Shown here piece after piece: positions 10,438 through 22,400 of a stretch of 64,000 bases of DNA (positions within the stretch are counted from its first letter, which is position 1; each line of letters opens with the position of its first letter). Source of the DNA: Lytechinus pictus (lineage: Eukaryota); assembly GCF_037042905.1 (NCBI RefSeq), contig NC_087246.1, positions 5,706,001 through 5,770,000 of the forward strand, read 5' to 3'. A program made the translations under genes and the position numbers. The notes beneath the pieces are model-generated. The model saw only the letters and a program-made list of their open reading frames with translations. It made no database searches and was not told where the DNA came from.

Positions 10438-11141
10438 TTAACCCTAAAGCTGGCGGAGAGGGTTGAGTCAACCTCCCCCCCTTCAACATTTTCCGCAACC
10501 ATTCCGCTGTGTGAAAATTTTTTACCATGCCGCTCGCTGACAGTTTACTTTGAAGTCTTGTGCATCTTTTGAGACAAAATTTACGATGCCTGGGTGCGCG
10601 GTTGAAAAATTACACAACATTATTGAAGTGCATGCAGACCCAAAATTGCTCCAAAACGTGATTTTGTGTACAAAGTCAAAATAAATTGAGTTTTCTCATC
10701 ATATTCAAATAAAGGTATGATTATTTTCACTTTTATTAGCTGAAATAAACCGAAATAGCATAATTATGCTTCAAAAAGGTTCTGCTTTAAGTTTGGCGAA
10801 AAAAACAAAGAAATTCATAAAACAATGAAATACATAAGAAATTTATTTTCAAACCAGGATATTTTTCATTTGTAATTAATAGCAATTGTATGAGGAATAT
10901 TTACACCAAAGATTTGCATTTTAGGAGGGTGTTTTTTAGTGAATTAGAGCAAAAATTATAATTTACGCTTTAATTAGCAAAATTAATTTAAAAAAAAAAA
11001 TTCTGAAATTTAACTACCCGGTATACAGCCTTGTAGATTACATCTCACACTATTATGGCGTTTGCACGCTCTGCGGCCAAGATCTCAAGGGGGGAGTTGA
11101 TTCAAACCCCCCCCCCCCCCTGGTCTGGTATTAAGGGTTTA
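10438..11141 (+). mobile_element. piggyBac-like MITE
   Basis: TTAAccct...aggg ends; colinear with 15202-15930. Confidence 0.75.
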
Positions 11142-11495
11142 CTAAAAAAAAATTGACATGTCACCTTCAATCTTGGATCATGTTTGCATATTAATGTGAG
11201 GCATTACAAAATGCCTTGTAATTGTAAATGCTCATATGAGGTATGAACTTAAAATTGAAAGATGTATGCTCACTTTACTAATGATCTGCTGAGTTTGGTT
11301 GAATAGAGATCAAAGACCACAGAGGTCATCCATCTTGAAATATATCATTTTCATAATTCAAGAAGGGACCAACTTCAAAGTGTTTTATGAATGCAAGTGT
11401 ATAGGAAGGGTTAGATATCAAGAAACAAAATTTAGCTCAGTTTTTTTCCAGTTGTGCATCCACAGTAATTTTACAATTTTATGTAACAATACCAG

Positions 11496-11636
11496 AGGCT
11501 CGTTTCATATTAAGTTCCGACTATGGTAACTCTGCCAATGCCATTATGGCGACTACCATGGTGGCAAGCTCAGCAGCTAATCACAATAACTACTCTAGAG
11601 AGTCACCATAGTGGCAAGTCTTTATGAAACAAGCTC
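11496..11636. mobile_element. Small TIR element
   Basis: gaggctcgtttcat...atgaaacaagctc inverted ends; related copy at about 50465-50620. Confidence 0.5.
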
Positions 11637-12693
11637 TAGATAGTTCTCAGATAATGGTACTAAAATACTACATGTACCATATGAATTACATTTTGTGTGA
11701 TGTTTTTTTTTTACATTTTGGTATGTATATAGCTCAGTAAAGGTTGTTTTTTTGAAAAAAAATAATTCTCTTTTTCTAACAAGAAGTGGAAGGGCCAAAA
11801 AATGTATTTGCATTGGTGAAAAGGGTATATACAATTTAATTGACATACATGCAAGACATTGAAGTGCACCATAACATTATCTCTTCCTTTTTGTTCCTGA
11901 ATTAATGTAAGATTCATTGTAAATAAATGTAAAATTATTATTATCAGGAGTACCATAAAAGTTCCCTGCAAACCAAATTCAACTTGATTTGGATTGATAT
12001 GTTGTGCTGAAAACTAGTTAGTTGCTGTTTATAAGTGTTATTTTTTACATTTTCAACATTTTATTCTTTTTTTTTAAAGAAATTTTTCAGATAGCTAACC
12101 AACAACCCTGAAAAAAAAAAGCTCAAAATCTAATTCTAGTGGTGACATCAGCAAATTACAAGTAATCTAAATATGTCACAGTGGTATGTAGCTTTGCCAA
12201 AACTACCTGTAATGATACTCGTAGCATAAACAGTGTACTGTCAGACATATTATATTGCATTACCAGCAAAATAAAGACAATGAGAAAGCATGTCGTTATT
12301 GTGAGAGATAAAGTCTTCTACTTAAAAATATCAGGGATGCTTACTGTGATTGACAGATGATTTCACTGGAGGAATGAGATATGATCTTTTCTAAAAGACC
12401 CAAATTGAAAAACATTTTTAAAATGTATCAAACATATATATGGATTTTTAAAATACCAAAATACGAGTTGTATTTAACAATGTGTATCAATAGGAATCAA
12501 CTTGAATTCTGGTTGTAGGGCCCTTAGTTCATTGAGATGGAAACCTGGCTCTCATGAAATCAAAATGAAATGACTGAAATTTTGACATAAATTCATCAAG
12601 ATAATCAGAATTTAGGTTTTTCTAGTTATTTGTGTTTTCACTCGTCACCAGACCTCTTGTGATCTACAATATGTGGCCTCTACTATGACTTAC

Positions 12694-13281
12694 TTAAAGG
12701 ACAAGTCCATCCCAACAAAAAGTTGATTTGAATAAAAAGGGAAAAATCCAACAAGTATTACGCTGAAAATTTCATCAAAATCAGATAAAAAATAAGAAAA
12801 ATTTGACATTTTAAAGTTTCGCATTATTTCACAAAACAGTTATATGTACATCCTGGTCGGTATGCAAATGAGGAGACCGATGACATCTACTCACTATTTC
12901 TTTTTAATTTTATTATATGAAATGTTAAATATTGTAATTTTATCCTCATAGTCAAGTGAAAATGATTCATTCCTCTCTAAATATGTGGAATTTGCATTGC
13001 TTAATATTATATGGTTCAATCAAGTTGGACCTTATTGTCAAATCTGCAAAAAATGAAATATTGTATAATTCAAACAATAAAAAACAAAATCAGTGAGGGA
13101 CATCATCAACTGTCTCATTTACATGTCACTGAGTTGTGCATATCACCGTATTGTGAAAAATAAGCGAAATTTAGAAATGTCATAACTTTCTTATTTTACA
13201 TCCGATTTTGATGAAATTTTCAGCATTGATTTTTCTCTATTTATTCAAATCAACATTTTTCTGGGTGGCCTTGACCCTTAA
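12694..13281. mobile_element. TTAA-flanked MITE (Kolobok-like, AGG termini)
   Basis: TTAA-aggacaagtcca...tggccttgaccc-TTAA; long subterminal inverted repeats; near-identical family member at 23598-24208. Confidence 0.82.
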
Positions 13282-14180
13282 ACTGCTATTTTCTAGAAAT
13301 TTAAAAGATTTTACTAAAAATCAGAGTCGGACATATTTCATCACGAGCCATGAATGAATGATATAAATCAATGTAATTTCTGAAGATTTCCATGGCAAAG
13401 AAGAATGAGTGGTGGTTTAATGGTACAGTAGTATGTATTCTTTTGTGGGCATGTATTGGACCTGGTCACCAACACATCCACAAAAAATGTAGGTGAGCCG
13501 GGTACAGAATTGAAATTAACATTTCTGTCCTCTGATAGATAGGCAACAAATCTTCATGTATTTAACATTGTTTACTTCAAAAATAAAAGCCAACTGATCA
13601 TCAAATAAATATGAAAAGGGAAGCATGACACTGAAATTCATTTCCTTAATAATTTATTTACACACTGGAAAGGTATACAATAGTAATACCCTAGAATATA
13701 GTCTTTCTCTTACATACACTTCCATACAAATGAAATAAGATTGATATTATTCTTCTTTCTTTTAATTCCACCAAGATTGTTTTCATGCTTAATTTGAAAC
13801 CAGATGAGGTTATAAGGTTGAAATTTATCAATCATACCCCTATCTATAAAATGTATGGGAACTTTTGATGTTGAAGCTTTATAAAGGACTTCAGTGTGGA
13901 GCACTAAAAGGCAAACAAAAAGTCGAACAGTTCCCAATAATTTTATTTAAATTGCTGCAAATAGGTGCTAACAATATATGTTTATGGGTTAAAAATCAGC
14001 ATTAGTTTGAGCATATTTTTTTCCTTATGGCTTATTAAAGTGAGAACACCCACTTGGCTTTTTATATAGCAGTATAGCTTGATGAATTTAGATGAAACAT
14101 CCCCATGGTTCAATGATCAATTCATTTTGCTGCATTCTAGTTTATACTTCTCACACACGTAGGTCTTTTGTATCATAACT

Positions 14181-14625
14181 CAGTAGGCAGGTCCTTAAAA
14201 AGTGGCTTCTTTCTTCCAAGAGATATACATGGCTAGAAAGGTTTTGCAAATTTTACGAGCTAGGTGCAGATCAAAGCACCTCATTTAATTCAGTCTTAAT
14301 TCGTAAATTTCATGCTTTTGTCATCATTGTAAAGAAGTATAATTCTTTCATATAACGTTTTTGAATTTATTGAAAACCTTTGAAATGAATGTGAAACTTT
14401 CAATCTAAATCATGCACAAAATAATTATTTTCACCTGAAAAAAGTTGTTTTCACACTTATTTTTTGTTACAGCCCAAATGATTTTTAGATTGTGATAAAT
14501 CTGAAGATCTGTGCTTTATTAAAAAAATAAAATTTCAAAGATGTGGTTTTTAAATCAGGTCAAGGTCACACTTTTCATCAGCCAAACAGCTTGAAAACAC
14601 AAATGCTGCACTCTGATTGGTCTAA
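14181..14625 (+). repeat. Truncated copy of the 7158-9820 element left end
   Basis: cagtaggcaggtcc...ggtcaaggtcacacttttc...gcagcttgaaaac aligns by eye with 7165-7720. Confidence 0.7.
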
Positions 14626-15201
14626 GAGGACTCTGAGGGAACCCCCTTATTACATGTAGACATATTTTCAATGCACAAACAGTCAACATACTATCGGTAC
14701 TCATTGTGATTAGCAATTCATGAGCTTTTATAGGTTGAATGTGTTTCTATGCATTGCAGCTCCTTTATTGAAAGCCAAAAATTCAATGATTCCTGCACAT
14801 GGTCTTTACATCTTCAGCAATGGTACTTTCATTACAGGATTGAATCAAATAAATGCATTTTCGTAGTCACATTGAATGAAGTACAAGTGACCTTGCATTA
14901 CTTTGTATAGCAGTGAAATACAAATCAGGCTAACAGCCCCCTGTTGTTGACCAGTCTGTCACAGAAGCATGACCTTTGGTAATTGAAGTAAATAAACGCA
15001 TTAAATTTATTCAATAGCTGGAATGAGACATATTCATAGTCAATATCGACTACAGAACAGCTCCAAAATATAAAACTGGGGTAGACAGAGATAGGGCTGT
15101 AGATTTTATCTCCTGATGCGATGTTGATGTAAGGTGTCTCATTTGATAGCTCATTGTACCTGCAGTTTGAAAAAGACACTTGATCTGCTTCCAAAAAAGA
15201 C

Positions 15202-15930
15202 TTAACCCTAAACTGACCGGGGGGGGGGGGGGGGTTGAATCAACCCCCCCTCAACATTTTCTGCGATCATTTCGCCGCGCCAAATTTTTTTACCACGCCA
15301 CTCACAGAGTTAATACTTTCAAGTCTCGCGCATCTTTTGAGACCACATTTGCGACGCCCGGGTACGCGGTTCCGAAATTACGCACGTTTGATAAGTGCAT
15401 GTCAGACCAAAAATTGTTCCAAAACGTGATTTTGTGTACAAAGTCAATGCAAATTGAGTTTTCTCATCTTATTCATAAAGATATGATTATTTTTGCTTTA
15501 AACAGCTGAAATCAATTGATTTTAGCATAATTATGCTTCAAAAAGGTTGTGCAATATATCTGGTGAAAAAAACAAAGAAAACAAAAGGTTGAAAAACAAA
15601 GAAATACATAAGAAATTCATAAAACAAAATACATAACAAATTGATTTCCAAACCGAATTGCGATAGTTAAGAATGCTACAAAGAATATTTTTACCAAAAA
15701 TTAGCATTCTAGGAGCTTTATTTAGTGAATTAGAGCAAAAAGTATGATTTATGCATAAATTAGCATAATTAATTCATATAAAATAAAATCTCATTATTTT
15801 GGAAAATTTTACCATACAGCCTTGTAGATTACATTGCACACTACCAGCTTGCAAATTTTTGCGGCGCTCGCGCGATCGGCGGCCGAGATCTCACAGAACA
15901 GCCAAAAAAGCCCGGCCTAGTTAGGGTTAA
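15202..15930 (+). mobile_element. piggyBac-like MITE
   Basis: TTAA-ccctaa...ttaggg-TTAA, with TTAA on both sides. Confidence 0.85.
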
Positions 15931-16277
15931 AACAGTAATAATATGCAACATTAACATAGTGCTTAATACAAAGTGTTTATGCGCTGCATACACAATTTCC
16001 CTGGCTTTAGCATGGCTACTCTTATCAAATGTAGATAAACACCGGACCTCGTGGTTCAAAGTCTGGAGACTTATCCATCTATCGAGCCACATCACCTCTA
16101 AGATTTCATCATTGAAAACATTAGTCAGTGACATTGTTCACATGATGAAAATATTAAATTTGTCCATGAAATTTGTTGTTCTGCATACAGAAATGTGTTT
16201 CTCACAGAGAATAGAAGAGTCTTTCACACAGTATCTCAGTGTCTTTCAGATCACAAGTCACGTGACGGTCTATACTA

Positions 16278-16403
16278 TCACTCTAGATCATCTTCAGTTT
16301 CCACCACAGGTTTTGCTTTTCGTCCTCTCTTTCCTTTCTTTTTCTCTTTCACTGCATCATTTTCTGCTATTTGCCTTGCACTTAGGGTACTGATGTGAGC
16401 ATT
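16278..16403 (-). CDS. CENPS: CENP-S last coding exon
   Basis: tatttcag| acceptor on minus strand; basic KEKKKGKRGRK tail; TGA stop. Confidence 0.85.
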   Translation of the reverse strand, partial: NAHISTLSARQIAENDAVKEKKKGKRGRKAKPVVETEDDLE

Positions 16404-19400
16404 CTGAAATAGAAAAAAAAATAACACAATAAAAAAATACGCTAATATCTGGTGCTACACACTGCCCTGACTTATTTTTACTATTGTTATTACTAAATTT
16501 TTATTATTATTATCATTATTACTATTATCATCATCGTTACATAAAACACAAAGGAAATATTTCTGACTGTCCCACTTCATTGCTCTCAAATATTTGTGTT
16601 CCAGTCAAGACAAGGCAAGATACATGTATGTTCAGAACTTCAGACTAATGCAAGCATTACCCTTCATATTCATGATAAACTACTTTTAAGTAATGGCCAA
16701 TAGTAATCCTCAAATTTCCAAATATCAATTTATACAGTGTTGATGAGAATATCCACACAACCATCCAGAAGTTTACTTTTAGGTGAGACTCATTGATTAA
16801 ATTTTAGAGTTCTGTAATTTCTGTTCAATAAAATTCAATTTAGAATGACAGTTGGCAAGCTATTAAATGCAAATGTTGCATTTTTTCCGGAATCAAATCA
16901 ATTTTACATCTACACACTGTTCTTTACTGCAAAGAAAAACATATCAGAATTTGTGATTATTAGCTTAAAAACAATAATAATCATTTACCAAATAGTTTTA
17001 AATTGAACTTTAGTTTCTCAATCCCTATTATCACTTATCTGTTCTTATTATTCTTATGATCAAACATAAATTAGATGGGAGAAGAAAAGAAGTATGAACA
17101 AATACCTAAATCATAAAAAAGAGAAAAGTACATGTATGTGAAGAATCTTAACTGAATACTTACAAGATCTTTACTTCTCCTTGTCAAAAGTTTAACATCT
17201 TCAGAATTAATAGTTGACCGTTTAGCATGCCTGCAATAAATGATCACAAGAATAACAAAAACTCTGTCACATCTACAAGGAAATTGAGGCATAGTGGGGT
17301 TCCCAATGGTACATTACCTAACACCCAATCAAAATAATTTCCACGGTAGCTCCCAATCAGAGCTGACATCAATGGAATTTTCATGACAATAAGCCTACAT
17401 TTAAAATTGTTTGCTTTTAATGAATACACTCATGTGGTGAAGAAAGTTTATTTTTTTAATATTTATTTCTAGCTCTGAAAGTCAGCCAAAAAAGAAAAAA
17501 GGTATCAAAGATCATATTTCTAGATTAGAAGTAATACCATTATCTAAATGAACATGTACAAATAGTAATGGTTGGTTTGTTACTTAATCATCAAAAAACA
17601 AAATGTAAAAATAAATAAGATACATGGTCATGAAAAAAACTATTGCGTTACATGGTGATCTTTGCTTTTGCACTGGAAACTTACATAGTGGAATCAAACA
17701 AATAACCCAAATACTAGTAGTCTAGTATGCAATCAGAAATAGCATGTGGTGTTCATAGGGAACAGTTTTCCATGGCGTTGAACATAAAAGAAAATATCAT
17801 TTTCAATCTCAGATTTGTGAAATCTAATTTTTGTAGGCCCCCTGTGCCCAAAATGAATATATTCATTTGGTGGGCGACCTCATGACACATAAAAACACAA
17901 ATGTATAACTACGAAGTTTGATTTGATTTAAGGTTATCAGAAAACTGGGCTTTTTCATATTTAAATGCCCTTTTTTAGATCAAAACATGAAATGATTACT
18001 TACTGAGCAAAGGACTCCAGATCACAAGCAAAGATTTCTGTAGTGAAAAAAAAAGAGTATTTTAAAAAAGTGTACCCTTCTGTGTTTTTAAGTTTATGCA
18101 TCCATGGTTTATGGCATATTATCTAATGCCACTGATGCGCCTAAAACTGACATGCATGCTGCCATTACCCACAAAAATGCACATTTAATTATATCAATCA
18201 CAAGCAAAGATTTCTGTAGTGAAAAAAAAGAGTATTATAAAAAAGTGTACCCTTCTGTGTTTTTAAGTTTATGCATCCATGGTTTATGATATAATATTTA
18301 ATACCACTGATGCGCCTAAAACTGACATGCATGCTGCCATTACCCACGAAAATGCACATTTATTCATATCAATTTCTGCATATGAATTTATGACTGAAAT
18401 CTGACCTTTTCTTTGTTTTTTTCTCAATTTTCTGCAATTTGTTTTCTATTTTGATGAAACCCAGCTACCTTTTGCCATATAAATTAATGAGCTAAAATTG
18501 GGTTTACAGATCTCCATGTACCACTGGACTACATTGCTATTAATGAACACTGAAAAGTGGTACTTTTTTAAATGGTAAACCCCAGCTCAAGCGTTTTTTT
18601 TAAATATATATTTGATCTCTATATATAAATTGGAAAGCAAAGTTAAAGAGACCTTGGAGCGTTAAAATATGCAGCAGGATCGACAAGATAGGCCTAGGGA
18701 GATTTAGAATGGCAAGAATTTAAGATTACCCATTTGTTTGAAGGTTGTCTCTGCAAGAGCCGAAATGAATTGCCTGGAGAATGTCACATCCAATTCTTCC
18801 CCAAGCTCCCCACAAATCTGTCCAGTGGTGAAATGTACTGCAGCCTTAAGACGCTGTGGAAATACAAACACAGAGAAATCTCACATTTATCCAGAAGTAA
18901 CCCTGAAGAGACTGGCCCCTGGGCTGTATATCAACAAATGATCATATCTGAAATCTGTATCTGGGCAGGTCCAAGCTATTGTCCCCTCTGAAGCCAAAAT
19001 TAAATCTTTCCCTAAATCTGACATATTGAACATGTATGTCATTTTGAAGCATAGTACTCTTAAGTTTTTTGCCTTATATTTTTTTTCATATTTTTTTCTT
19101 CTGAAAACATAAAATTAAAGGAATACTCCAAGCTGTATATATATTCGCATCTCAATAAAATAGAGTAAAATTCACAAAGCAAAATGCTGAAAATTTTATC
19201 AAAATCGGATATTAAATAACAAAGTTATTGAATTTTGAAGATTTACACTATTCCGGTGAAACAGTTCTAGGCATGTCTTCATGAATATTCAATAAGCGAA
19301 CTGATGTCATATCCCCACTTGTTCTTTTGTACTGAAATTAGGTTTATTAAAAAAATTTCTACCAAGAACTAAGACAATTGGATTGACAACTGATTAAGTA

Positions 19401-22400
19401 GTACTTGTTGCAATGTATTTCATTACAATGGAGACATAGTTAAATTCATTGTTGAAACTTATTTCATTATAATGGCGACACATCATTTACACATGTATGA
19501 AAATATAAAATAATGATTTCATGTATAACATAAGAAAAAGGAAAGTGGGGATGTGACATCATCAGTCCACCTAAATTAAGTATTCATGATGACATGCATA
19601 AAGCTGTTTTCACAAAGTATTGCTAAACTTTAAATTTCAATAACTTTGTTATTTGTTATCCAATTTTAATGAAATTTTCAGCATTTTTCTCTGTGAATTT
19701 TACTCCATTTATTTAGATGTAAATATCTTCAGACTGGAGTATCCCTTAAATGAGTGCCAAGGTCATGATTCCAAGAAATCATTAATTAGCGTGACGTACG
19801 GAACATCACATTTTTTATCTGCAGATAATGCAAGTTATATATTTGTGGGGACATGTATGGCTTTGAGAAAAGAATTGATTTTGAAAATTAATTAAATACA
19901 GTATGTTAATTATCAGGTGTTCAACAGGCAGTGTCCCGTACATCACAATTTAGCATATGTTTTTTTTTAAGATTCTAATTATTAAAGGAAAAGTCAAAAA
20001 GTTTTCTTCACACTTTCGAGAGTTCTAATTTATATTACTATACATCAAAAAATGGAAGTGAATTTACTGAATTAATTTCATGTTTAATTATACCAGCTAA
20101 TTCAGCTTTGTGGCATACGGGACACACCACACTTTATACATAGGATTTCTATGTATTTCTAATTAGGGTTATTTTTCAAAATAGAAGCAAAGATAAAGTT
20201 ACTGATGATAAATGATATTATATCAGTGGTTGAATATTGGTAAAAGGCTGATAACACAGTTATGATAAGTAATAAATAACAAGGATGCATATTAGCATAG
20301 TGTACTTGTTCACATCTAGGTCTTATACGGTAATGAAATCTTTAATATATAATCATAAGGTCATAAAGTGTTTTGTTGTTTTGTTTCATCACATACCATA
20401 ATGGAATAAACATCAATCATAATAATCCATGTAAAACTTACTTACTTTGGTTTACATGTACATCCATTTAATTATAAATTTTGATGAAAATTTCACTTTC
20501 CCCATTCGTTTAACACATGGAATTATTTGCAAGACATCTTTCATGAATAATATAAGGTCGTAAAGGGCAGGTCCAAGCTATTGTCCCCTCTGAAGCCAAA
20601 ATTAAATCTTTGCCTAACTTACAGACATATTTTATGTCATGCTTAAGTGAGCAACGCCAGAAGGCAAAATTGTCACTTTTTTTTAAAGTCACAAGCAAAA
20701 TATAATGACTTTGATTCCAGTTTATTGGAACGAATCCCACATTCTCACTATGAAATATAGTCAGAAGGCTTGTAAAAGGTACTTTCTTAGAGACAATACA
20801 ACTTTTGGGGCTAAATTTCACAGTTGAATACACAGTCACAGTCTAAATTTGCTATTATTGGAATTTTTACACATTTCTAACGATGAATATGATGACAATT
20901 ATTTTTGGGAAGCGTATCTTCAACAATAATCATCATGTCACGGCTCAATGAACATTCAATGAAAACAAAAAATACGATTTTTTTGTTATATCATTGGCAA
21001 GTAATTTTTCAATTTGGTAACTGAAATTATCTTTTCTCAACCTTTTTTGTGATGTTCATGACCAATCAATATGTTTCAATGATTCAAAGGCGTTTAATTA
21101 AACATTCACGCTTGAATGATGTGGAATGTGATTAGCTCTTTTTTACGTTATTGGAAAAAATGCAATTGCTAACTATGGATGTCTATCACAAACCTTGCAT
21201 AGTTAATTTGATTTGATTTTTATGAAAATCCCGATGTTTAATGCTTCAGTGAGCACACAATATTTGAAAATTATACAAATGAGAAGAAAGTTCAAGGCCT
21301 TGGCCCCACTCTATGCCGTATCCATATCGAATGGTTATTTTGGTGTGCGCGCCTTTTGGATAGTGCCATCCTGAAGCCATGTGCAAAGTTTCATGAGAAA
21401 ACTATTGGCAGAAGCATGGACCTATAAAAAGATGGACGATTAACGCGAGCATTTCTTTGATACAATGATAGTCACCGTCACTTGGTTATGCGCATCTTAA
21501 TGAAAACATACAGGTGTTGTAACAATAGCAATTACCATGACTACCAACTTATACCAAGGGTATCTGATCACTCAAAGACAGAACAGTTTCCTGGTCTTAA
21601 TTTTTGTTGGCTGATACCCTGTTTCAGCATGTGCCTTTCAGTCAACATGCTTCATATGTGGAGCAGCAAACTTGAGAAGCACAAAATTTTTATGATATAA
21701 AATATGATATTATTCGATCCGCTCACATATAAGGACCTCATTAACATTGAGAGAATCACGATCTTTACATGTTATGTGCCACGTATATCTGGAATATTAT
21801 GGAGAAACCTGGGATAATTGAATTTTAAATGGTAAACAATTAATCACAATATTGCCTCTATATTAAAATATGCAGACATTTCCCCAAATAAAACACATGG
21901 AACTAAGATTAACAAAGGTAAACAAAAACTAGTATGAAGAGAATGCTATTCAGATGACAATTAGTCACCTGTTAGTGAATTCATTATCTAAGCAATGAAT
22001 GTCCATCTCTTCATAGGTCCATGGCAGAAGTAACAAAAACCGTCTATGAAACATACCCTTATTTCACTTTCGTTAAAATTTTGAATTCCTCTCTCATAGA
22101 CATTGTGTATACTATGGGTGCATGTATTTGAGAATAAGTAACCCCTCATTCAATATGGTGGAACTCGTTTTCAAAGCTGTTGTTAGCAGTATCATTTAGC
22201 AGTAATGTTTATCAACCTATGGGCAGAATTCTATGCAAAAATGAAATCTGATTTGTTTATTTATGGATGCATGCCTCAAAGGGGGAAAAGGGGTATTTTC
22301 AATGTCACAGACTCATTTTGAGGGGTTGTAAAGTGATTAATGGGGGCAAATTTGGTTTTAAATGTATAACTTATTTGGTGTTGTTTTTACCATCCATCAT

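Noticed and set aside
15959..16393. 144-aa plus-strand ORF
   Set aside because: Antisense shadow of the last CENP-S exon and 3' UTR; no recognisable domain.
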